Shown one piece after another: positions 12,912 through 21,071 of a stretch of 64,000 bases of DNA (positions within the stretch are counted from its first letter, which is position 1; every line of letters starts with the position of its first letter). The notes beneath the pieces are model-generated. The model was not told the DNA's origin and did not search any database. It was given only the letters and a program-made list of their open reading frames with translations. The DNA lies in the NCBI GenBank assembly GCA_902529105.1, contig CABZUW010000003.1, positions 31,825 through 95,824 of the forward strand. Direction: 5' to 3'. The position numbers were made by a program, and so were the translations under genes. This stretch comes from an uncultured Pelagibacteraceae bacterium (lineage in GTDB: Bacteria > Pseudomonadota > Alphaproteobacteria > Pelagibacterales > Pelagibacteraceae).

Positions 12912-12955
12912 AAATATTGACTAGCGCCTTCCTTGTAAGGAAGGCGCTAGTCCCC
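12912..12955 (-). other. 44-nt hairpin insertion interrupting the HDAC-family gene (candidate translational bypass or excisable element)
   Basis: Perfect 16-bp inverted repeat GACTAGCGCCTTCCTT-AC-AAGGAAGGCGCTAGTC (12919-12952); removing 44 nt restores RPPGHHA; TGG direct repeat at the ends. Confidence 0.85.
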
Positions 12956-13315
12956 AGGCGGTCTGACCGCACAAAATGCATTTTTAAATTTTTTTCTCTC
13001 AACCCCGTCAATTGCTTTTATTACAGAACCTACAGCATCTATTGTAGCATCTTTACTTCCTGGTGAGACAATTGTGTCTCCATCCAAAAATTTTATACCT
13101 TTATTTGGAAAACTTTTTTGAACCATATTTATATAATTTTCATCATGAGCTTTTTTTAAAATATTATGATCAAAAGGACTTGGCTTATCCCAAATTAAAT
13201 TTTTTTGTTTTTTAAGTTTTTCAGTTATAGCTATAACTCTTTTTGGCTGCTCTGGATGACCATCACCTGTTAAATGACTTATAGAGGTATCTGATGAAAT
13301 TATTGCAGTTTTCAC
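12947..13315 (-). CDS. Histone-deacetylase-family protein, N-terminal segment of an interrupted gene
   Basis: GHPEQPKR, AH..Y, LDGDT, NAFCAVRPPG, then D-stop inside the insert; GTG start overlaps dapE stop. Confidence 0.88.
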   Translation of the reverse strand: MKTAIISSDTSISHLTGDGHPEQPKRVIAITEKLKKQKNLIWDKPSPFDHNILKKAHDENYINMVQKSFPNKGIKFLDGDTIVSPGSKDATIDAVGSVIKAIDGVERKKFKNAFCAVRPPGD

Positions 13316-14469
13316 GAAAAGTAATTTTCTAAAATCTCTTTATGAATTTTTGTCAGAGTTTTTAAATCTCTAACTTTAATATTTTCGTCTATTTGATGCA
13401 TACTAGCACCTACCATGCCAAACTCTAAACAAGGAGAAATCTTTCTAATAAATCTTGCATCAGATGTGCCACCAGAAGTAGATAATTTAGTATTTACTTT
13501 TGTATTTTTTTTTATGACATTTTTTATCATATAAGTAGTTTTGTTTGGTTTAGTAATGAATGACTCACCAGATATCATATATTCTATTTTAAATTTGCAT
13601 TTGTATTTTTTACAAATTTTTCTTAAATAAATATTTATTTTTTTTTTTAATTTATTAGAGCTATGTCTGTCATTGAATCTTATATTAAATGTAGCATATG
13701 CATCTCTTGGAATTACATTATCTGCACTGTTGTCTATACTAATTTTAGTTACTTCTAAATTTGAAGGTTGAAAATTTTTTGAGCCATTATCAAGTTTTAA
13801 TTGTTTTAAGTTTTTTAAAATATCTACAATGCAACTTGATGGATTTACCGCTTTATGACTATAAGCAACGTGACCCATTTTACCAAAAATACTCAAATAA
13901 CCTGTTATCGAACCTCTTCTTCCAATTTTAATCATTTCACCCATACGGGATGGGTTTGTGGGCTCTCCAACTAAACAAAAGTTAATTTTTTCTTTTTTTC
14001 TTTTTAGATACTCAACAACTTTTTTAGTTCCGTTAATGGCTATACCTTCCTCATCCCCAGTAATTAAGAGACTTATAGAACCTCTAAATTTTTTATTTTT
14101 ACTGACAAAATCACTTACAGCGGCAATAAAGGATGCGACTGATGATTTCATGTCGCTAGCACCTCTCCCTATTAGTCTTCCATTTTTAATGGTTGGTTTA
14201 AATGGATTGGAAGACCAATTTTTTATTTTACCAGGAGGAACGACATCCACATGTCCTGCATAACAAAAATTCGGACTTATTGTTCCAAATCTTGCATAAA
14301 TGTTTTTAACTGATTTACTATTACCTTCCTTAAACTCAAGAATTTTAGTTTTAAATCCGATTGATTTGAGTTTTTTTTCTAAAAATTTCATTATTCCTGC
14401 ATCTACAGGAGTTACAGTCGGAAATCTAATTAGCTCTTTTGCTAATTGTAAATCATTAAAGATTTTCAT
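13312..14469 (-). CDS. dapE: Succinyl-diaminopimelate desuccinylase
   Basis: GHVDVVP, GRGASDMK, TGDEEG, GEPT, GRRGS, GGTSDARF. Confidence 0.95.
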   Translation of the reverse strand: MKIFNDLQLAKELIRFPTVTPVDAGIMKFLEKKLKSIGFKTKILEFKEGNSKSVKNIYARFGTISPNFCYAGHVDVVPPGKIKNWSSNPFKPTIKNGRLIGRGASDMKSSVASFIAAVSDFVSKNKKFRGSISLLITGDEEGIAINGTKKVVEYLKRKKEKINFCLVGEPTNPSRMGEMIKIGRRGSITGYLSIFGKMGHVAYSHKAVNPSSCIVDILKNLKQLKLDNGSKNFQPSNLEVTKISIDNSADNVIPRDAYATFNIRFNDRHSSNKLKKKINIYLRKICKKYKCKFKIEYMISGESFITKPNKTTYMIKNVIKKNTKVNTKLSTSGGTSDARFIRKISPCLEFGMVGASMHQIDENIKVRDLKTLTKIHKEILENYFS

Positions 14470-14470
14470 C

Positions 14471-15295
14471 TTAATCCCTCAAAAGATCATTTAAACTAGT
14501 TTTTGATTTAGTTTTTTCATCAACCGTCTTAATGATTACTACGCAGTACAAATTCGGTCCGCCTAGTTCTTTAGAGGGTAATGAACCTGGAACTACAACG
14601 CTTCCAGCTGGTACTTCACCAGAGGTAATCTCTCCCGTTTTTCTAGAAACTATTTTCGTGCTCCTACCTATGTAACAACCCATTGAAACTACGCTACCTT
14701 TTCTTACAATGACACCCTCAACTATTTCTGAAAGAGCCCCTATAAAACAATTATCCTCAATAATAGTAGGCTTAGAACCAATCGGCTCTAATATACCTCC
14801 TAAACCGCAACCTGCAGACAAATGACAGTTTGCTCCAAGTCTAGCAGCCGAACCAATTCTAGCTCCAGTGTCAACCATTGAATTTTCTCCACAGTATCCA
14901 CCTACGTTAATAAATGAGTTTGGCATTATGACAGCACCCTTTCCAATAAAAGAACCGTTTCGCACCACACAATTTGGCACCATTCTGAAACCAGCTTTAG
15001 CAAACTCTTTTTCAGTCCACCCAGCTGTTTTACCTGGTAAGTGACTAAAGTCATTCCATGCATTGTACGGTCCTCCAATAATTTTTCTATCATTAACTCT
15101 AAAAGAAAGAAGTATTCCTTTTTGGATCCAATCATTTATTTTCCAGTCATTACCATTAGGCTCAGCTACAGTTATTTTACCCTCATTTAATAAATGGATT
15201 GTTTCATTAATTGCGTCAATTATTGATTTATCAGATCCTGTGTTGATCTGATCTTTAATTTCCCAAGCTTCATTTATTATTTCTTTAATAGACAT
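14471..15295 (-). CDS. dapD: Tetrahydrodipicolinate N-succinyltransferase
   Basis: GILLSFR, FRMVP, hexapeptide repeats, GGILEP, IIEDNCFIGA, LNDLLRD. Confidence 0.95.
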   Translation of the reverse strand: MSIKEIINEAWEIKDQINTGSDKSIIDAINETIHLLNEGKITVAEPNGNDWKINDWIQKGILLSFRVNDRKIIGGPYNAWNDFSHLPGKTAGWTEKEFAKAGFRMVPNCVVRNGSFIGKGAVIMPNSFINVGGYCGENSMVDTGARIGSAARLGANCHLSAGCGLGGILEPIGSKPTIIEDNCFIGALSEIVEGVIVRKGSVVSMGCYIGRSTKIVSRKTGEITSGEVPAGSVVVPGSLPSKELGGPNLYCVVIIKTVDEKTKSKTSLNDLLRD

Positions 15296-15297
15296 AT

Positions 15298-15969
15298 TTA
15301 ATTACTTTTTAATAACCTTAATTCCTTTAAAAATAAAGATAGATTTTCAATTTTATAGTCAATGTAATCCTTTTCAGATTCCATTTTTCCCCACTCTTCA
15401 TTATTTATTAACCAAACGGTCGTACAACCCCTTTCTTTACCTATAGACAAATTTTTTGCTATATCCTCTACATATATTGTTTCGCTTGGATCTAAATCAA
15501 ATTTTTTTGTCATCAGATCAAAAGCCTTAGGTTCTGGCTTTGGTTGATATTCTGCATCTGTAATATCAAATATATTTTCAAATAAATCATCTATACCTAA
15601 ATGACTTAATACATTTTTGGCATGATCCGTACTACCATTTGTAAAAATAAGTTTTCGCATATCTAAATTTTCCAATTCTTCTCTTAGAACTAGATCTTTC
15701 TTCATAAATGAAAGATCTATATCATGTACATATTTTAAAAATTCTTTAGGTGGAATATCGTGATGAATCATTAATCCATTCAGAGAAGTATTATATTTAT
15801 AGAAATAATTTGTTTGGAGTTCTTTAGCTTTTTTGAGATCGACATTAAGTTTTTCAGATATATATTTAGTCATTAATTTAGAAACTTGACCAAAAACAGA
15901 CTCTAGATCTTGATATACTGTTCCGTCTAGATCTAATAAAAGATTTTTCTTATTTATCAAATTATTCAT
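15298..15969 (-). CDS. HAD-family pyrimidine 5'-nucleotidase
   Basis: DLDGTVY, FTNG, PKP, VED..KNL; argB-HAD-dapD synteny. Confidence 0.88.
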   Translation of the reverse strand: MNNLINKKNLLLDLDGTVYQDLESVFGQVSKLMTKYISEKLNVDLKKAKELQTNYFYKYNTSLNGLMIHHDIPPKEFLKYVHDIDLSFMKKDLVLREELENLDMRKLIFTNGSTDHAKNVLSHLGIDDLFENIFDITDAEYQPKPEPKAFDLMTKKFDLDPSETIYVEDIAKNLSIGKERGCTTVWLINNEEWGKMESEKDYIDYKIENLSLFLKELRLLKSN

Positions 15970-16829
15970 TTTCTTATCAAGGTCCCAGAACCTTTATCTG
16001 AAAATATTTCAAATAAGATAGAGTGTTTTTTTCTACCATCAATTATAGCAACAGCTGTAACCCCATTATTGACAGCATCTAAGCAGGTATTAATTTTTGG
16101 TATCATGCCTTCGGTTATAGTTTTATCCTCTATCATCTCCATGATTTTAGAAGATGATATTTCTTCAATTAAAATTTTATCTTTGTTAAGCACACCCTCT
16201 ACATTCGTCATCAAGAGTAACCTTCTTGATTTAAGAGATTTAGCTATCGCTCCAGCAGCAGTATCACCATTAATGTTATAGGTCTTATTATCGGATCCTA
16301 ATCCTAGAGGAGATATTATAGGTATTAAATCATTCTTTATTTTATCTATTATAACCTCAACGTTAATTTTATTTGGTATTCCAACGAAACCTAATTCTTG
16401 AGACTCAGGTGTAATTTTTAAAACATTATTTTCTTTTGTATTTAATGATATACCTTTGCTTCCTATATTTTTTAATGATGAAACAATATCTTCATTAAAT
16501 TCAATGAGAACTTTCTCTACGATGTCTATAATTTTTTCGTCAGTAACTCTTAAGCCTCTAATAAATTTAGAATTTATACGTGATTTATCTAATTCTCTTT
16601 TAATTCTTGGCCCACCTCCATGCACAACAACAACTGATAAACCCAGTTTTTGTAAGATAGATAAGTCACTTATAAAGCTATTAAATATTTGTCTATCAAT
16701 GAAAACATTACCACCATACTTAATTGTAATTATTTCATCTTTATATTTTTCTATGTACTTTGAAACTTCATCAATATTTGGACCTTTTTTAGGAAGAATT
16801 TTTCTTAATTCTTCTTTACTAGTGCTCAT
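15966..16829 (-). CDS. argB: Acetylglutamate kinase
   Basis: IKYGG, VHGGGP, GLRVTD, NINGD, GMIPK. Confidence 0.96.
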   Translation of the reverse strand: MSTSKEELRKILPKKGPNIDEVSKYIEKYKDEIITIKYGGNVFIDRQIFNSFISDLSILQKLGLSVVVVHGGGPRIKRELDKSRINSKFIRGLRVTDEKIIDIVEKVLIEFNEDIVSSLKNIGSKGISLNTKENNVLKITPESQELGFVGIPNKINVEVIIDKIKNDLIPIISPLGLGSDNKTYNINGDTAAGAIAKSLKSRRLLLMTNVEGVLNKDKILIEEISSSKIMEMIEDKTITEGMIPKINTCLDAVNNGVTAVAIIDGRKKHSILFEIFSDKGSGTLIRK

Positions 16830-16833
16830 TAAT

Positions 16834-18525
16834 TTAATTTTTAACTTTTATATTTCTATTTATTATATACTGCTGAATTATAGTGAGTATATTTGTACAA
16901 ACCCAGTAGAGAATCAACCCAGCAGCAAATGGTGCAAGAATAACTGTTAAAAACAAAGGCATTAACATAAATATTTTCTTTTGCATTTTCTGCATTTCAT
17001 CTGATCCAGAAGGTTGAGGTGAGAGCTTCATCTGAAGCCACATGGAACTGCCCATTAGAACGGGAAGCAAGCCAATTTCTAAAAAAGTTGGAACGCTGTA
17101 AGGCAATAATCCAAATAGATTAAAAATAGTCAAAGGGTCCTTAGCGCTCAAATCTTGCCAAACCCAAACCCACGGAGAATGTCTCATGGCAAGATCGAGC
17201 AATAACAATTTATATAAAGAAAAAAAAATCGGAATCTGAATCAATATGGGAAAACACGAACTTGCGGGATTTACTCCGTTCACTTTATATAATTTCATCA
17301 TTTCTCTTTGGAGCTGCTGTTTGTCATCTTTAAATCTTGTTTTTAAATTTTCAATTTCTGGGCCTAAGCTCTTCATCTTCCCCATCGATTTCATAGAATA
17401 TTGGTTTAATGGAAAAAATACTACTCTTACAAGGATCGTTAATAATATGATTGCATAACCATAGTTTCCTGTAAAGTTGAAGAAATAACTTAATATTTTA
17501 TGCATTGGCACTATTATGAAATAAAGCACTCCGTAATTAACGATAAGGTCTAATTTTTCTATTTTTAGGTCTTCTTTATATTTATTAATTTGTTTTATTT
17601 CTTTAGCGCCTATCAAGCTTTTTACGTTATGTTCAATTAAAGTATTAGGACGAGCCTCATATCCTTTTAAATCAATATAACTGGCTCTATATTTATTTTT
17701 ATAATCTAAATCGAATCTAAAATTTCTACCTTGTTCTGGTATTATAGATGTCATCCAATATTTGTCTCCTTGGATTAAAACTCCTGTAGAACCCTCTGTA
17801 GAAAATTTATTTTCCTCTACATCGTCATAATCAACTTCTTCAATATTTTCACCAGTAATAAATGTATAACCTTCATGCAGAATATAAAAATCAGTTAAGT
17901 CACTTGGTAGGCTATTACGATTAATTCTAGCAAAGGGATAAACTTTGAATGTATCTTGCGATTTATTTATAAGTGTTTGCTTGATGCTGAACAAATATTT
18001 TTCATCAATTGAAATTAATCTTTCAAATCTTATGCCCGAATCGTTCTCATAATAAATTTTAACTGGGTTACTTGGAGTTAATTTGTTTGTGCCATCAATT
18101 TCCCAAATTGTATTTGAGTTTGGTGTTTCAATATTTGCTCTAGTGGCCCATCCAGTATTAAAAGTATAGCCGTTATTTGTTGACGCTGGATTAAGCAATT
18201 GTATTTTTTCGTTACTTTTAAGTGTTTTATTGTAAGCTTTTAATTCTAAATCATCGATAGCCCCACCTAATAAAGAAATTGAACCTTTAATAAAACTATT
18301 TTCAAAGATAATTCGATTGTCTTTTTTAAGTGCATCTTCCCTAGTAACAGCTTTAACCTCTATTTTTTCATCAATTATTGGAGCATCTGTATTTTGATTA
18401 ATTTCATTTTTGCCTTTTTCATTTATTTTGCTTAACTCTTCTTGTGTTGGAGCAAAAAAGAGACCGTACAAAACAATAACGGCAGCAGATAAAGTTATAG
18501 CAGCTATAATGTTTTTAAGATCCAC
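16834..18525 (-). CDS. yidC: Membrane protein insertase YidC (GTG start 18525 after a GAGGAGG SD)
   Basis: Periplasmic domain plus GNYGYAII, NPASSCFPILIQIPIFF, QDLSAKDP, GLILYW. Confidence 0.95.
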   Translation of the reverse strand: MDLKNIIAAITLSAAVIVLYGLFFAPTQEELSKINEKGKNEINQNTDAPIIDEKIEVKAVTREDALKKDNRIIFENSFIKGSISLLGGAIDDLELKAYNKTLKSNEKIQLLNPASTNNGYTFNTGWATRANIETPNSNTIWEIDGTNKLTPSNPVKIYYENDSGIRFERLISIDEKYLFSIKQTLINKSQDTFKVYPFARINRNSLPSDLTDFYILHEGYTFITGENIEEVDYDDVEENKFSTEGSTGVLIQGDKYWMTSIIPEQGRNFRFDLDYKNKYRASYIDLKGYEARPNTLIEHNVKSLIGAKEIKQINKYKEDLKIEKLDLIVNYGVLYFIIVPMHKILSYFFNFTGNYGYAIILLTILVRVVFFPLNQYSMKSMGKMKSLGPEIENLKTRFKDDKQQLQREMMKLYKVNGVNPASSCFPILIQIPIFFSLYKLLLLDLAMRHSPWVWVWQDLSAKDPLTIFNLFGLLPYSVPTFLEIGLLPVLMGSSMWLQMKLSPQPSGSDEMQKMQKKIFMLMPLFLTVILAPFAAGLILYWVCTNILTIIQQYIINRNIKVKN

Positions 18526-18763
18526 TATTTTTTTCCTCCTCAATTGGACTGTCTAAACCCCCAGTGTTAAACCATGGATTACATTTTAAAATTCTGAGAA
18601 ACGTTTTATAAGTTGCTTTTACAACGTTATAATTGATATAACACTTTAAAGCATAGGTGCTACAAGACGGTTCAAATTTACAGGAGTTATAAAAAAAAGG
18701 ACTTAAAAAAAATTTATAAAATTTGATTAATAATATGAATGGGTAATTTATTATAATATTCAT
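18515..18763 (-). CDS. yidD: Membrane protein insertion efficiency factor
   Basis: CKFEPSCSTYA, RILKCNPW; lies between rnpA and yidC. Confidence 0.92.
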   Translation of the reverse strand: MNIIINYPFILLIKFYKFFLSPFFYNSCKFEPSCSTYALKCYINYNVVKATYKTFLRILKCNPWFNTGGLDSPIEEEKNSGS

Positions 18764-19101
18764 TATTTTATCTTATCAACATCTCTAATTATTTGCTCTT
18801 TGATTAATTTAAACTCACCATCAAATACATTTTTTTTTGCAATAAATATATAAGAATATTTTAAATTTATATTAATTTTTTTGTATGCTTCTAAAGCAAT
18901 AGATCTTAACCTACGCTTAATTTTATTTCTAAAAACGGCATTACCTAATTTTTTCTTAGCGATTATCGAATATATAAATTTATTTTTATCATTTATGGTT
19001 AATTTTTTGTAATAGATTGTTACAAATTTGTTTAATATTTTCTTTCCACCAAGAACAGTTTTAAAATCTTCATTTTTAGATAGACTCAATACTTTGGGCA
19101 T
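18763..19101 (-). CDS. rnpA: RNase P protein component
   Basis: KKLGNAVFRNKIKRRLR (RNR motif). Confidence 0.93.
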   Translation of the reverse strand: MPKVLSLSKNEDFKTVLGGKKILNKFVTIYYKKLTINDKNKFIYSIIAKKKLGNAVFRNKIKRRLRSIALEAYKKININLKYSYIFIAKKNVFDGEFKLIKEQIIRDVDKIK

Positions 19102-19235
19102 TAAACACTAAGTTTTTTTCGACCTTTTTTCCTTCTATTACGTAAAACTTTTTGCCTTTTTTTTGTCGCCATTCTGGATCTAAATCCGTGCTTACGTGCT
19201 CTTTTAATCTTTGATGGTTGCCAAGTTCTTTTCAT
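19101..19235 (-). CDS. rpmH: 50S ribosomal protein L34 (not in ORF track)
   Basis: Hand translation [44 protein letters not shown]. Confidence 0.97.
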   Translation of the reverse strand: MKRTWQPSKIKRARKHGFRSRMATKKRQKVLRNRRKKGRKKLSV

Positions 19236-19309
19236 AAAGGTTATTCTTAAAGTCGATCTTATAGAAAATAAAAGTATATAAGTACAGTTTTTTTTAATAA
19301 ATTAATTAA

Positions 19310-20029
19310 ATGATTATTGAAAAAAAAGTCAAAATCACGCTTGCATCAGTATATTTGCTATTGATTGTCGCCTTTTTGTGGTTTTTGTTTACAAATTTTT
19401 CCATTAATGACTTTACAAGTTATGAAATTATAAAATCAAATAGAGATACTCTAAACAACTTAAAAAATATTAATATTTTTTTTTCTGTATCAGTATTTTT
19501 ACTTATTTCAATAATATGGGTTCTCTTACTTGGTTTCGGCTCTCCCTTGTTTTTAATTGGTGGTTTTATTTTTGGAAAATGGGTTGGAACAATTGTAGTT
19601 TTAATAGGAATTACAACCGGATCGACTTTACTATACATTTTTGCTAAATTTCTAGTAAGAGATTATATATTTAATAAATTTTCTCAAAAATTTAGTTATT
19701 TAACTGAAAAATTTAAAAAAAATGAATTGATTTATTTTATTATTTTTAGAGCTGTTGGTGGAATTCCATTTTTTATACAAAATTTGCTTCCTATATTATT
19801 TAACATAAAAATTAAAAATTATTTCATTGGAACATTTTTAGGAATGGTAATTCAAGTTTTTATTGGTGTATCACTGGGTGCTGGGATAGATAAACTAATT
19901 GATGAAAATGAGAATATGCCCTCAATATTTGATGTGATCTTAATGCCTGATATATATTTACCTGTAATTGGAATTATAGGTATATTTGGTTGTGCATTTT
20001 ATTTCAGGAAAAGTTTTTTTAAAAATTAA
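19310..20029 (+). CDS. TVP38/DedA (SNARE-associated) family membrane protein
   Basis: Multi-TM protein with GGFIFG..G and FRAVGGIPF motifs; divergent from rpmH. Confidence 0.8.
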   Translation: MIIEKKVKITLASVYLLLIVAFLWFLFTNFSINDFTSYEIIKSNRDTLNNLKNINIFFSVSVFLLISIIWVLLLGFGSPLFLIGGFIFGKWVGTIVVLIGITTGSTLLYIFAKFLVRDYIFNKFSQKFSYLTEKFKKNELIYFIIFRAVGGIPFFIQNLLPILFNIKIKNYFIGTFLGMVIQVFIGVSLGAGIDKLIDENENMPSIFDVILMPDIYLPVIGIIGIFGCAFYFRKSFFKN

Positions 20030-20033
20030 TTCG

Positions 20034-20110
20034 TGGTGCCCTGACCCAGAATCGAACTGGGAACTGACCCTTACCAAGGGCCTGTTTTAACCATTAAAAA
20101 CTATCAGGGC
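20034..20110 (-). tRNA. tRNA-Thr(GGT)
   Basis: Cloverleaf: GCCCTGA/TCAGGGC acceptor, GGCCC-TT GGT AA-GGGTC anticodon arm, TTCGATT loop, encoded CCA. Confidence 0.95.
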
Positions 20111-20212
20111 TATAAAGATAATAACTATTAAAGACTAGTGTATAAATGTAAATTTGACAAATTATTGACTTAATTTTTCTTTAATGACATATATAATTAA
20201 ATAAATGCAGTT

Positions 20213-20413
20213 ATGGGAATCCACTACGATTATAAAAGCACAAGAGGCGCTAAAGCAATGGAGAAGCAAGCCAAAAGAGAGAAAAAACTTGCTGAACGTA
20301 GAGCAAAAAAACAAGCAAAATCTGCCATAGCTGAAAAGACTGAAAAAGAAAATACTATACCTTTAGATACTGTAATCACCCTAGATCACTTAACAAATCC
20401 AGATAAGAAGTAA
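20213..20413 (+). CDS. Small basic hypothetical protein
   Basis: 66-aa Lys/Ala/Glu-rich ORF filling the intergenic space. Confidence 0.7.
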   Translation: MGIHYDYKSTRGAKAMEKQAKREKKLAERRAKKQAKSAIAEKTEKENTIPLDTVITLDHLTNPDKK

Positions 20414-20419
20414 AAAATA

Positions 20420-20536
20420 ATGTTCAAAAAAAAGAAAGCATCTAAGCTTGATTTGAAAAATGCATTACGGAAAAATTTAAGAAAAAGAAAATTATTTAAA
20501 AAAAAACAAACTCAAAATAATGATTCTAAACGATAA
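20420..20536 (+). CDS. 38-aa basic hypothetical protein (not in ORF track)
   Basis: MFKKKKASKLDLKNALRKNLRKRKLFKKKQTQNNDSKR; ALRxNLRxRK resembles the small gene recalled upstream of murA in alphaproteobacteria. Confidence 0.55.
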   Translation: MFKKKKASKLDLKNALRKNLRKRKLFKKKQTQNNDSKR

Positions 20537-21071
20537 GCAAATTAAACGATTGGCTGAAGAGCAAGAAATGATTAGTCCATTTGTTGGAGAAAGTGTTTCA
20601 AGAGGTATTAGTCATGGGCTTAACTCATTTGGATATGATCTTCGTTGTGGGTCAGAATTCAAAATTTTTACAAATATAAAAGGAGCTACTGCTGATCCAA
20701 AAAATTTTAGTGAAGACAATTTTATTACAGTAAAAAACGAAGATTCTATTTTAATACCTCCAAATTCTTTTGCGCTTGCCTCTAGTCTTGAATATTTCAA
20801 AATGCCAAGAAATGTTACAGGTCTTGTTACAGCAAAATCAACATACGCAAGATGTGGATTAGGTGTTCCACCAACAGTTCTTGAGGGAGGTTGGAATGGA
20901 GTGTTAGTTCTCGAATTTTCTAATCATACAAGTAATTCAATAAGATTGTATGCTAATAGTGGTGCTGCTCAAATATTATTTTTTCAAGGAGATCCACCGG
21001 AGGTTTCATATGCAGATCGTAAAGGTAAGTATCAAGGACAAACGGGAATAACTTTAGCAAAGTCAAAATAA
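20520..21071 (+). CDS. dcd: dCTP deaminase
   Basis: SFGYDLR, IPPNSFALA, KSTYARCG, SYADRKGKYQGQ. Confidence 0.95.
   Translation: MILNDKQIKRLAEEQEMISPFVGESVSRGISHGLNSFGYDLRCGSEFKIFTNIKGATADPKNFSEDNFITVKNEDSILIPPNSFALASSLEYFKMPRNVTGLVTAKSTYARCGLGVPPTVLEGGWNGVLVLEFSNHTSNSIRLYANSGAAQILFFQGDPPEVSYADRKGKYQGQTGITLAKSK

Noticed and set aside
12947-12949. UAG plus hairpin as a pyrrolysine or readthrough signal
   Set aside because: Readthrough continues in a non-HDAC frame (RLPYKEGASQYLDIMQ...) and stops again; the HHA motif is in a different frame.
12919-12952. CRISPR repeat or REP family
   Set aside because: Single copy by eye, with no spacers, cas genes or transposase in the window.
12921-12955. 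Simple -1 frameshift at GGGG, or a homopolymer sequencing error
   Set aside because: The downstream frame has its own UAG at 12923-12921, and 44 extra nt cannot be a homopolymer error.
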